Notes under the pieces: generated by a model | Seen by the model: only the letters and a program-made list of their open reading frames with translations | Told to the model about the DNA's origin: nothing | Databases searched by the model: none | Shown here: one piece after another, positions 41,215-49,481 of the stretch | How positions within the stretch are numbered: the first letter of the stretch is position 1 | Layout: each line of letters opens with the position of its first letter | Origin: a virus | Lineage: Duplodnaviria; Heunggongvirae; Uroviricota; Caudoviricetes | DNA length: 64,000 nt | Virus record (IMG/VR): IMGVR_UViG_3300035696_000002 | Direction: 5' to 3' (one strand) | Made by a program: the position numbers and the translations under genes

Positions 41215-42309
41215 ATGGCTGACTACAACAAAACTAACGGGAACGGTGAAGGGGCTGGGTACATCTGGTTCAAGTTTTACTTCAACGACTGGCGTACCGA
41301 CCCCTGCGTCCTACAGATGTCCGGTACTGAGACTGGCGTCTACATCGACTTGCTCGCCCTTCAGGCCGACACCGATTATCTCCCGGAAGATTTTGAGGAC
41401 ATTGCCCGGTTGCTTGGGGGCAAATACGACCGCCGAACTGTGCGTAAATTCCTCGAACGGTATGCTGATGTCTCTGGAAATTACGGGAAATCTCTGGAAA
41501 CTTCTGGAAAGTTACGGAACTTCTCTGGACTTTTCCCGAGACTTCCCGAAGACTTCGGGAAACGTGCTAACGCCAAGCTATTAGAATTGCAAGTAAAATC
41601 GGGAAAAATCGCATCCCCTAAAAACACAGAAGAGAATAGAGGAGAAGAGAAGAGAGGAGAACAGAATTATTCAGTCGGTGGGTCGGTTCCAAGCCAAGTT
41701 ACTGACGCTGAAGTGGTTGTGGAAGAACCATCAGACTCACCTTCGGTGGAGGAATCTAAGCCTTGGAAGGCCCGGCCCCCTCGGCCAAAAAACCCCGCTT
41801 CGGGGGTTGGAACATTCGTCCCAGACCTCACTCAGAAACCCTCCGGTGCTCCACCAAACCCCGAGGTTGAGGTTCTGTGCAAGAAGGTTGCTTCCCTCCT
41901 CGGGAAGAGTGTTCACCCATCGTGGGCGGTTCATGCCGAACGGCTCCTGAGTAAGACCCCGTTGGATGAAGCTATCGCCATCGCTCAGTGGGCTTTGGCT
42001 GAGACTCCAAACCCATTCTGGCGTGAGCACACTTTCAACATGAAGAATTTGGCTGACCACATCGCGACCGGGGATATCGTAGAGCAACGGAATAGCTGGC
42101 TGAAGAAACAAGACGTGAACAAGCGGCTTACCCCTGTCGGCGAGGATCGGAGCCAATCCGAGTATCGGGACACCACGAAGTACTCATCCAAGGCGTGCTG
42201 TGATTGCCATGAAGAGTTCAGTTATGAGTGGTTCCAGACAGGAAACGTTCGATGTGAGGCATGCCTTGAAAAGGCCAAGGCTGAATTAGCAGCAGAGGAG
42301 ACAGTATGA
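41215..42309 (+). CDS. Replication initiator (YdaU/DUF1376-like N-terminus)
   Basis: WFKFYFNDWRTDP..MSGTETGVYIDLLAL; internal DNA repeats; next to DnaC-like gene. Confidence 0.7.
   Translation: MADYNKTNGNGEGAGYIWFKFYFNDWRTDPCVLQMSGTETGVYIDLLALQADTDYLPEDFEDIARLLGGKYDRRTVRKFLERYADVSGNYGKSLETSGKLRNFSGLFPRLPEDFGKRANAKLLELQVKSGKIASPKNTEENRGEEKRGEQNYSVGGSVPSQVTDAEVVVEEPSDSPSVEESKPWKARPPRPKNPASGVGTFVPDLTQKPSGAPPNPEVEVLCKKVASLLGKSVHPSWAVHAERLLSKTPLDEAIAIAQWALAETPNPFWREHTFNMKNLADHIATGDIVEQRNSWLKKQDVNKRLTPVGEDRSQSEYRDTTKYSSKACCDCHEEFSYEWFQTGNVRCEACLEKAKAELAAEETV
41471..41562 (+). repeat. Iteron-like ~10-bp repeats, candidate replication origin
   Basis: TCTCTGGAAA TTACGGGAAA TCTCTGGAAA CTTCTGGAAA GTTACGGAAC then inverted TTCCCG copies, inside the initiator gene. 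Confidence 0.6.
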
Positions 42310-43166
42310 AGTACCACTACGAACGCCGCGATCTAATGTTCTCCGGTTGGTCGGATGAGCAATACGCCTACTTCGACGAACGGGCACAGGCCTTGGTCAC
42401 GCGATGTGCGGTCTGTCACGGGGAAGGGTTGGTTGACATCTACGTCCCACTCCTCGACAAAACCAGCAAGGGGCCGTGCAAGCTCTGCTCACGAAATATT
42501 GAATGCCTCAAGTGGGTCACCCACTATTTCTTCCCGAACGTTGGGCGGAATTATCGTCAGTTCCGGCTGCCGATGCGAGCCTACACAGGCAGCACCGTGC
42601 CGATCCCGGTACAGAAAACAGTGTTCAAAATGGCTGACGAAGCTGCCTCGTCTGGTAAAGGTATTTTCCTGCTTGGCCCATCCGGCACCGGGAAGACGGC
42701 CCTGTTGAGTGCCCACTACCTCCATGATCTGGTCACCATCATTGAGTCCTACGTGGATCACCACAAGACAGGACTCTCATCGCTGCCCATCTTCAAACTC
42801 ACAGCCAAGAAAGCCATTGACGAGAACATTGATTTCAAGCGGAACGAGCCCCAATACAACGCCGATGGTGAGATCGTGCGGAAGGGTGCCGCCGTGCCAA
42901 CCGTTTCAGCGGACAAGATCAAAGACCTGTCGAATCAGGGGCACACGGTGATCTGGTACCTCGACGAACTCGACAAAACAAAAATCTCTGAGACAGGATT
43001 CAGCTACCTTTTCGACGCAGTGCGTGAGCTTGAAGAGCAACGCGGGCGGCTCTCCTGCGGCACGAATGAGACGTGGGAAGTGTTGCAGGCCCGCTTCGGT
43101 GATGAGTTCATGAACCGCATCAGACGAATGACGGTTGTGATCGACCTCTTCAAAATGCTGAAGTAA
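42306..43166 (+). CDS. DnaC/IstB-like AAA+ helicase loader
   Basis: CAVCHGEG..CKLC zinc motif, GIFLLGPSGTGKT, YLDELDK, TN, RFGDEFMNRI. Confidence 0.8.
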   Translation: MKYHYERRDLMFSGWSDEQYAYFDERAQALVTRCAVCHGEGLVDIYVPLLDKTSKGPCKLCSRNIECLKWVTHYFFPNVGRNYRQFRLPMRAYTGSTVPIPVQKTVFKMADEAASSGKGIFLLGPSGTGKTALLSAHYLHDLVTIIESYVDHHKTGLSSLPIFKLTAKKAIDENIDFKRNEPQYNADGEIVRKGAAVPTVSADKIKDLSNQGHTVIWYLDELDKTKISETGFSYLFDAVRELEEQRGRLSCGTNETWEVLQARFGDEFMNRIRRMTVVIDLFKMLK

Positions 43167-43376
43167 TCGAAAATTGCAGGCCCACTGCGAAAAAACAAAC
43201 ACCGTGTTTTTTCGTCACCGAGAGAATCCCCAAGAAATAAGAAAAATCTTCAAGGTCGATTGTGAATTGTTTGTGAAAAAGTTTCCCTTCTGCGTATTAC
43301 ATAGTTGTCGGTAGAAGAATCGAAACCGCTTGAAAGCACTCCTGTAAGGATTCAAGAGAGAAGGATCGTACACACC

Positions 43377-45284
43377 ATGGCAGAATTGTCGCCATACCAG
43401 AGTTATATCCATAAATCGCGGTACGCCCGCTGGATGCCAGATCAACAACGAAGAGAAAATTGGGACGAAACCGTCCACCGCTACATCAACTTCTTTTCCC
43501 CTAGAATCCCTAAAGCCGACCGAGACGCCACTGTAAGCGAGATCGAACAAGCCATCCTCAACATGGACATTATGCCCTCGATGCGGGCGATGATGACCGC
43601 AGGCCCCGCACTGGAGAAAGACAACTGTGCCGGGTACAATTGTTCCTACATCGCAGTCGATGACCCGCGTGCATTCGATGAAGCCATGTACATTTCGATG
43701 TGCGGCACCGGAGTAGGCTTCTCCGTCGAACGGCAGTTCGTAAACAAGATGCCTTACGTTGCGGAGAATTTCTACGACACCGAGACCGTCATCAAGGTGC
43801 GTGACTCAAAGATAGGCTGGGCCTCAGCCTTCAGGCAACTCGTGAGCCTTTTATACGGGGGCCTCGTGCCGAAATGGGATACAAGTTCCATTCGTCCGGC
43901 AGGAGCAATCCTTAAGACCATGGGCGGACGAGCGTCCGGCCCTGAACCCCTCGAACGCCTCTTCAAGTTTACCGTTGAACTCTTCAAAAAAGCCGCAGGA
44001 CGCAAACTCAATTCAATCGAATGCCATGACCTGATGTGTATGATCGCCGACATCGTTGTGGTCGGCGGCGTGCGTCGCTCTGCTATGCTTTCCCTTTCAA
44101 ATTTATCTGACGAACGCATGAGGAATGCCAAGAACGGGCAGTGGTGGATCGACTATGACTACCGCCGCTTGGCGAACAACTCCGTCGCTTACACCGAAAA
44201 ACCAGACGTTGAGATTTTCATGAAGGAGTTCCTAACCCTCATTGAGTCGAAGTCTGGTGAACGTGGGCTGTTCAATCGTGAGGGAGCCCGCAAGCACATC
44301 AACAAAATCGGACGCCGCCTTACGAAGATTGGCGACGACTATATTGAGTTCGGCACCAACCCGTGCGGAGAAATCCTTCTCCGGCCTAAAGGGTTTTGCA
44401 ACCTTTCAGAGGTTGTGATCCGCCCGTGGGACACCAAAGAAACGATCAAGGAAAAAATCCGGCTGGCCACTATTGTCGGCTGCTTGCAGGCCACACTTAC
44501 GGATTTCCGCTACCTCCGCAAAGAGTGGCAGAAAAACGCCGAGGAAGAGCGGCTGCTGGGTGTGAGCCTCACCGGGATCATGGATCATCCGTTGATGTTC
44601 ACCAATGGCCCGGAGCTTGCCGCCCTGCTTGATGAGTTGCGTTTGCATTCCATCGCGGTTGCAACAGAATGGGCCGAGAAGCTGGGTATTAACGTACCAA
44701 CGGCGATTACTTGTGTGAAACCATCCGGCACCGTCAGCCAGTTGGTGAACTGTGCTCCCGGCATCCACACTCGTTGGAGCCGCTATTACGTCAGGGCTGT
44801 GCGTGAAGACCGGAAGAGCCCGGTCAGTGCATTCCTGAAAATGACCGGAGTACCGAATGAGCCTGAAGCAGCAAAGCCTAACGACGTGGATGTCTTCTAC
44901 TGGCCGCTGGAATCGCCCACTACAAGCCGCTGTCGCAACGACCTCAACGCTATCGAGCAGCTTGAGCTTTACCTCACATACAAACTGCATTGGACGGAGC
45001 ATAATCCCTCATGCACGATCTACATCAAACAGCATGAGTGGTTGGATGTCTGTGCATGGGTCTACAAACACTTCGACATCATTGGCGGAGTTTCGTTCCT
45101 CCCACACTCAGATCACGTTTACAAGCAGGCCCCATACACCGATTGCACAGAAGCGGAATACCTCAAGCACCAAGAAAAGGTTCCGGTCGTGGATTGGACA
45201 ACTCTGCCACAGTTTGAAGTCGAGGACATGACTACTTCGACGCGAGAACTCGCGTGCTCTGCTGGCGTGTGTGAGTTAGTGTAA
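43377..45284 (+). CDS. nrdJ: Class II (adenosylcobalamin-dependent) ribonucleotide reductase
   Basis: KSRYARW..RRENWDETV, MPSMRAM, YNCSY, GGVRRSA, TNPCGEI, TCVKPSGTVSQL, C-terminal CSAGVCE. Confidence 0.92.
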   Translation: MAELSPYQSYIHKSRYARWMPDQQRRENWDETVHRYINFFSPRIPKADRDATVSEIEQAILNMDIMPSMRAMMTAGPALEKDNCAGYNCSYIAVDDPRAFDEAMYISMCGTGVGFSVERQFVNKMPYVAENFYDTETVIKVRDSKIGWASAFRQLVSLLYGGLVPKWDTSSIRPAGAILKTMGGRASGPEPLERLFKFTVELFKKAAGRKLNSIECHDLMCMIADIVVVGGVRRSAMLSLSNLSDERMRNAKNGQWWIDYDYRRLANNSVAYTEKPDVEIFMKEFLTLIESKSGERGLFNREGARKHINKIGRRLTKIGDDYIEFGTNPCGEILLRPKGFCNLSEVVIRPWDTKETIKEKIRLATIVGCLQATLTDFRYLRKEWQKNAEEERLLGVSLTGIMDHPLMFTNGPELAALLDELRLHSIAVATEWAEKLGINVPTAITCVKPSGTVSQLVNCAPGIHTRWSRYYVRAVREDRKSPVSAFLKMTGVPNEPEAAKPNDVDVFYWPLESPTTSRCRNDLNAIEQLELYLTYKLHWTEHNPSCTIYIKQHEWLDVCAWVYKHFDIIGGVSFLPHSDHVYKQAPYTDCTEAEYLKHQEKVPVVDWTTLPQFEVEDMTTSTRELACSAGVCELV

Positions 45285-45494
45285 GGGGAGATCGGTCTCG
45301 TCTACTTCTTCCGATTCGATGTCTTCGTCCGCAAGACGAAATACCACGTAGTCCTTTGAGATATTGCGGCCCACCACGGGTACGCCTTCATACATCTCAA
45401 ATTCTGCACGGCTGATGACGGCCTCCCCACCGAGTCGGTCGAGAAGGCAAGCAAGGATTTGCAGAAGAGTGTCTACGCTCTGGGGATCGTCCAC
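45276..45494 (-). CDS. Small acidic hypothetical protein
   Basis: 72 aa, AGGAGG RBS. Confidence 0.6.
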   Translation of the reverse strand: MDDPQSVDTLLQILACLLDRLGGEAVISRAEFEMYEGVPVVGRNISKDYVVFRLADEDIESEEVDETDLPLH

Positions 45495-45531
45495 GAGAAA
45501 TCCTCCTCATGAACGTAATGGGAATTCCGTT

Positions 45532-45792
45532 TTATTCGAAATCTTCGTCGTCAGGATCGTTGTCGAGGGGCCAGTTCTCGTCTGGGTGAAAGTGCTCACC
45601 AAAAATCGCCCGGAGAAGTCGTTCCTCCGGGCTCAGATTTTCCATTAGACTGGGGTAAAAGAAACGTTCCATGTAGCAGCACACGATGACGAGTTCTCCA
45701 TCGACTTTAATTTCCCGGAGATTGTCTGACATGTGGCAGTCGCCGCAGCACTCAACGTTTGTGTAGGCGAAGTCGTCGCAATTTTTCATCAC
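45532..45792 (-). CDS. Small Cys-rich hypothetical protein
   Basis: 86 aa; CCGDCH...CC. Confidence 0.55.
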   Translation of the reverse strand: MMKNCDDFAYTNVECCGDCHMSDNLREIKVDGELVIVCCYMERFFYPSLMENLSPEERLLRAIFGEHFHPDENWPLDNDPDDEDFE

Positions 45793-45812
45793 AAACGAAC
45801 TGGGTAGTTCGT

Positions 45813-46085
45813 TTAGACGATCAGACCGGACTTGCCCTCGGGCGGCTTAGGAACTTCGCCCGGCTGGGCGATGACGATGGACGGAACTTCAACTTCAACT
45901 TCCTCGATCATCTTGGCCGTCAGGAGGCGGAACTTGTTGCCGTCCTTTTTGACCATGCCCATGTTGGCGTATTGCAGGAACATGTCGCGAACAGCTTGGG
46001 CGACCTGCTCAGGTGGGACGGGCAATTCCTGTGTTTCGATCTTGCCGTCAACTCTCTTCAGAACGAACGTCAGCTTGTTTTCCAT
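45813..46085 (-). CDS. Small hypothetical protein
   Basis: MENKLTFVLKR..., GAGG RBS, upstream GTATT motif. Confidence 0.6.
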   Translation of the reverse strand: MENKLTFVLKRVDGKIETQELPVPPEQVAQAVRDMFLQYANMGMVKKDGNKFRLLTAKMIEEVEVEVPSIVIAQPGEVPKPPEGKSGLIV

Positions 46086-46130
46086 AGAAACCTCTGTATT
46101 CAATACGGCGAAGGCCGGGAAAATCGTAAC

Positions 46131-46160
46131 TAGACAAAACGCCCCTGAAACCCGTATACT
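46131..46160 (+). promoter_or_regulatory. Class A promoter TAGACA-N18-TATACT
   Basis: Sigma70-like hexamers with 18-nt spacer. Confidence 0.65.
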
Positions 46161-46177
46161 GTAGGGACGAGGTATCC

Positions 46178-46957
46178 ATGGAGCCAGTAACGCCCTACGC
46201 AGTCGGCACTAAGGTCGTCAACAAGATCACCGGGGTCAAGGGAAAAATTGAATCCTTCGATCCTGTGAAGCTCACCTACGAGGTCGTATACGCCAACAAA
46301 GTCGGTCTCCGCCGCAACCAGCCGCACGCCACAATCGAGCCAATCAAGTCCACAAAGAAAATCCGCCTCGCCTCTTACAACGGTTTCATCGGGAAAGTTT
46401 TCCCTTACCTGCAATATGAGGGCAACGAAGCCCTCTTCGGTCGCCGCAACTCCCTGTCGTGGGAGAACCACGATTGCGTCCGGGAACTGGCGTGGCTCGT
46501 GGGTTGGGTTACCCTCCGTGGCTTCATGGTGATCTGGACTACCGAACAGCACAAACCCCGCGTGATTGCAGACGCCGCGAGGCAGAACGTGAATCTGGAC
46601 GGCGTCATGTTCGTTGGCGAGAAATCTGACTCGACTGCGTATCACTGCAAATTCATGAACCCCGGCTACGCCAAGCTGGATGTCATTCTCGGAAAGTTTT
46701 TTGATCCATGGGGCGGCGGTGGTTCCGGTCTCGAAATCAACAGCCGCAACTTCTACGACATCCTTGCCGATATCGGGCACCCACTACGCGAAGGCGTGAT
46801 GCCGACTGAGGATGACCTGAGGGCGATCCGGTCGCGGGTGGTCTCGGCTTTGGAACAGCAAGCCGGGCTGGCGGTCACCGAAGTGATCCGGTACTACGAC
46901 AAGGGCGTCGCCGGGATTCTGCCGGAGGATGCAGTCGGAGTGCCAGAAGAAGAGTAA
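46178..46957 (+). CDS. Hypothetical protein
   Basis: 259 aa, RBS GAGG, own promoter. Confidence 0.65.
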   Translation: MEPVTPYAVGTKVVNKITGVKGKIESFDPVKLTYEVVYANKVGLRRNQPHATIEPIKSTKKIRLASYNGFIGKVFPYLQYEGNEALFGRRNSLSWENHDCVRELAWLVGWVTLRGFMVIWTTEQHKPRVIADAARQNVNLDGVMFVGEKSDSTAYHCKFMNPGYAKLDVILGKFFDPWGGGGSGLEINSRNFYDILADIGHPLREGVMPTEDDLRAIRSRVVSALEQQAGLAVTEVIRYYDKGVAGILPEDAVGVPEEE

Positions 46958-46986
46958 CCCCAAGGGCCGCAACGATTTCCAATCAC

Positions 46987-47016
46987 TGGCCAAAACCCGT
47001 TTGGAATCGGTATACT
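46987..47016 (+). promoter_or_regulatory. Class A promoter TGGCCA-N18-TATACT at start of RNA island
   Basis: Identical hexamers and spacer at 59354 and 61487. Confidence 0.7.
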
Positions 47017-47184
47017 CTAAGTGTTGAGCGTTGCTAACCTTGATCCGCTCGACAGGCTACGGCCTCTAAAACAACATCAACCATCAACCTTTGCTGGCTT
47101 ACCTGCGAGTCAGGTAAGTTTAGGCGGTGTAAACCGTACATCAAAACGGGACGAAGCCGCCACTTCATCCCCCATGGAGGAAGC

Positions 47185-47391
47185 ATGACGCTGACACTGG
47201 CAAAGGCACGCGAACTGAATTTGGATTGCTACTTTTACGGCAGCGAGACACAGCGGACGGAGCATTTGACAACCTTCGCTGAGGTCACTGGCCGGGAGAC
47301 TTTCGAGTTCGAAGAGTTCGTCCACGGATTCAGGCTCATCGTCGGAGCAGTTACACCGAGGCCCCGGCCCGTAGTCACCGTGGTTGAATAG
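47185..47391 (+). CDS. Small hypothetical protein
   Basis: 68 aa, GGAGG RBS. Confidence 0.55.
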   Translation: MTLTLAKARELNLDCYFYGSETQRTEHLTTFAEVTGRETFEFEEFVHGFRLIVGAVTPRPRPVVTVVE

Positions 47392-47550
47392 TGCTGTTGT
47401 ACCGTCTGTGCTCGTGCATTCTGTCTGTGCGTCGGCATCCACATAAATCCGAGCGTCGTGGAACGACAGGCATGGGGCTTCTAAACCGCTGCACCGGGAC
47501 GCTGGTGCGGGGTGCACTGAGCACGGACGAGACAGCAGCAATGATTGCTT

Positions 47551-47647
47551 AGCGGCTTGCTGGAGAGCGGGTTCGTATGTGAGCAGGGTAGGCCACTCTC
47601 CACTACACGCGGACAAGGCGTGAGCATACGTGCTCCAGCCGCCCGCT
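47551..47647 (+). ncRNA. Candidate structured RNA (nested long stem)
   Basis: AGCGG/CCGCT, GCTGGAG/CTCCAGC, CGTATGT/GCATACG nested pairings; no credible ORF. Confidence 0.35.
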
Positions 47648-47868
47648 AAACAATCAAAGTTTTGTCAGTAGACTCGGCTGCTATAAACGCCATGACCCCA
47701 ACCGAGGCACGGATGGTCACACAAGTGGGCTGTCACTCCGCAAGAGGGTGATGCGTGCCAGAGTTCGGACGGGGAAACAGGTAAAGGGGCGGACTGACCG
47801 AGACGTGCCCGTCCCTGAGGATTCTATGCAAGGAGTGGTAGGGACTCGTTGCAGTGTTGTTGCGATGA

Positions 47869-48002
47869 GCCCCCGTCGTCTAGTGGTTAGGACGCCATGG
47901 GCTACAAACGTTGCTCTGGTTCTAGGCCGGGGCACAGGAATTCTAGGCATCCTGAGTTTGTGGTAAGTGGATACGCGAGTTCGAATCTCGCCGGGGGCAA
48001 CA
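47869..48002 (+). ncRNA. tRNA-like RNA with anticodon loop replaced by a branched two-hairpin insert
   Basis: Acceptor GCCCCCG/CGGGGGC, D arm GTCTAGTGGTTAGGAC, T arm GCGAG-TTCGAAT-CTCGC; ~70-nt insert; ends AACA, not NCCA. Confidence 0.7.
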
Positions 48003-48223
48003 TACCACGAGGGAACGAGGCGTTTGAAACCACGCCTACCTTGCGAACAAGCGTGGCCGACTATCCGGGTCGGGGATTGAAAAAGTTCGTCGTCCCGTAG
48101 GGACGATGTCCAGTGAATGTCCCTCCCGGTGGAGAGCGGCTATCAAGGCGTAGCAGAAGCAGAAACGTAAATGGGTCGCGACCATTGAAACTGGCGACGC
48201 AGCTACGCTGAGAGTTTAGCAAC

Positions 48224-48330
48224 ACGGTCGGCGGGGATGCACGACACGTCTAATACAGCGTGCCCCAAAGTTTGGTCGAACGGTCGGAGGGGATCGTGCC
48301 GGATTGAGCAATTCCGCCCCAAAGCTTGGT
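48224..48330 (+). repeat. Tandem pair of ~52-nt motifs ACGGTCGGnGGGGAT...GCCCCAAAGyTTGGT
   Basis: Copies at 48224-48276 and 48280-48330 with conserved ends and different hairpin interiors. Confidence 0.55.
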
Positions 48331-48404
48331 GGGCTATTTTCACCGTGCCGCCAGCAACACGCTGGATTTGCCGTGAACCTCCCATGACGGGACATAGCCC
48401 ACCA
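48331..48404 (+). ncRNA. tRNA-sized RNA with acceptor-like stem and ACCA end
   Basis: GGGCTAT/ATAGCCC + ACCA, 74 nt, internal hairpins CCAGC/GCTGG and TCCC/GGGA; no canonical D or T loop. Confidence 0.4.
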
Positions 48405-48423
48405 AACAATTTTCAGTTCGCTG

Positions 48424-48453
48424 TTGACAAAAGTCTGAGAACTACAGTATTCT
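48424..48453 (+). promoter_or_regulatory. Promoter TTGACA-N18-TATTCT
   Basis: Consensus -35, near-consensus -10. Confidence 0.7.
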
Positions 48454-48612
48454 CTTAATGTAAGCCTGCGATTGACCGCTGCTTGCCCTTAGTGGAGAAA
48501 CAGCCCAGAGGGCGAAAGGGTGTGAATAGCCCCGAGCATGTCCCGCAGCCCCCGCTTCCGGTTGAATATTCACTGACGCCGGAAGTCGCGATTGTAGGGG
48601 GACAACAATTTT

Positions 48613-49052
48613 AGGCCGGGAAAGCAGTATCGGCCAACAAGCGTGATCGGCTATGCCAGCCCTTCCTTCTAAACCTTGACTGCTTATCAAATCTAGGTCT
48701 GGCGATTTCTGATCCAAAAGCCACGGGGAGTGACGGCACTGGAGTAATGGTGCGGATTCGTGGTTGCAAGCAGCCGAAGGGGCTTCTCATGTAGAGCCTC
48801 TGAGATGGGGACGTTCTGGACTTGCAAGCGGCGTCGCGTAGCAACTGAAACGCGACAGACGAGGCCCCCGGCTCATTCCCTGATTAAGAATGGGGTAGAG
48901 TCTCGAAAGAGAAAGCACCTTAGATCAGTGCGGCGGCTCTGCCGGAGAAACCCTCTGCCCCAGTTAGTAATCCTGTGCAGGGTAAACCGCCGTATGACGT
49001 GAAGCTGCGGCGAGGAACGGATAGCGGTTATTGGCGAAGAGCCTACTGCACA
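48613..49052 (+). ncRNA. Candidate large structured ncRNA (~440 nt)
   Basis: Dense nested helices (GCCCTTC/GAAGGGGC, CTGCTT/AAGCAG, AGCCACGGG/TTCGTGGTT, TCGCGT/ACGCGA, GCTCATTC/GAATGGGGT, TGCGGCGG/CCGCCGTA); no credible ORF. Confidence 0.5.
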
Positions 49053-49062
49053 AAGTTTTTGC

Positions 49063-49091
49063 TTGACAGTTCGCCAGCAGTCGTATAGGCT
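49063..49091 (+). promoter_or_regulatory. Promoter TTGACA-N17-TAGGCT
   Basis: Consensus -35 and TAnnnT -10, ~19 nt before the tRNA-like RNA at 49110. Confidence 0.5.
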
Positions 49092-49109
49092 GGATTCTGA
49101 TATAGAAGG

Positions 49110-49260
49110 GCTGCCCGTCGTTTAAGCGTGGACTCGTTGTTGCAACAGCGACCCACACGGTAAGACGCCGGGCCTAAGGCGAAAGCCTCGATGGAAACGT
49201 CGTCGCAGCAATGCGGCACTCCCTCAGCGGGGATTGGGTTCAACTCCTGACCGGGCAGCT
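49110..49260 (+). ncRNA. Expanded tRNA-like RNA (hairpin in D loop, three GNRA hairpins in place of anticodon loop)
   Basis: GCTGCCCG/CGGGCAGC, D stem GTTT/AGAC with GGT, T loop GGGTTCAACTCC; no CCA. Confidence 0.6.
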
Positions 49261-49292
49261 TCTTCTTGTAATTCAAAATTTTCGAAATACCG

Positions 49293-49298
49293 AGTATT
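49293..49298 (+). promoter_or_regulatory. Class B (GTATT) promoter motif upstream of leader ORF and tRNA array
   Basis: AGTATT after an AT-rich tract; same motif precedes four leaderless-looking genes. Confidence 0.5.
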
Positions 49299-49320
49299 AC
49301 TGTAGAGACACCGAGGAAAT

Positions 49321-49452
49321 ATGAACTTCAACCTGACCAACGCGACCGCCGTAGCAACCACTGGCGGAGTTGTGTGTGCAGGTGAAGCTGGTACGGTCGC
49401 CGCTGGAGCGGCGGTCGAAGATACCATGTCCTCGGAGAATGATTTCGATTAA
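49321..49452 (+). CDS. Putative attenuator leader peptide, 43 aa: MNFNLTNATAVATTGGVVCAGEAGTVAAGAAVEDTMSSENDFD
   Basis: GAGG RBS; 22 of codons 8-34 are GNN; 3' end overlaps antiterminator; below ORF-track size cutoff. Confidence 0.75.
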   Translation: MNFNLTNATAVATTGGVVCAGEAGTVAAGAAVEDTMSSENDFD

Positions 49453-49481
49453 ATAAAACGAAATCAGAGACTTCCGGGGAC
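49428..49481 (+). promoter_or_regulatory. Antiterminator hairpin
   Basis: GTCCTCGGAG(49428-37)/TTCCGGGGAC(49472-81) plus TGATTTCG(49440-47)/CGAAATCA(49459-66); shares 49476-81 with the terminator. Confidence 0.7.

Noticed and set aside
43377-45284. Intein or intron in nrdJ
   Set aside because: ORF is continuous, of normal length, with no Hint motifs
47473-47492. CTTCTAA as a tRNA-Arg(UCU) anticodon loop
   Set aside because: No 5-bp anticodon stem, T arm or acceptor stem around it
47869-48002. Amber suppressor tRNA implying TAG recoding
   Set aside because: Long genes are intact in the standard code and TAG ends several ORFs (e.g. 21011, 50395); the CUA loops are not in canonical anticodon position
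48224-48330. CRISPR array
   Set aside because: Only two imperfect units and no cas genes in the window
48651-49113. Long-range pairing CAGCCCTTC/GAAGGGCTG joining the large RNA to the tRNA-like RNA
   Set aside because: Both strands have local partners and a promoter-like TTGACA-N17-TAGGCT lies between; cannot be supported without covariation
49321-49452. Leader ORF as a RiPP or bacteriocin precursor (GG motif, small residues)
   Set aside because: No modification or export genes nearby; synonymous-codon cycling and overlap with the antiterminator fit attenuation better, though not formally excluded
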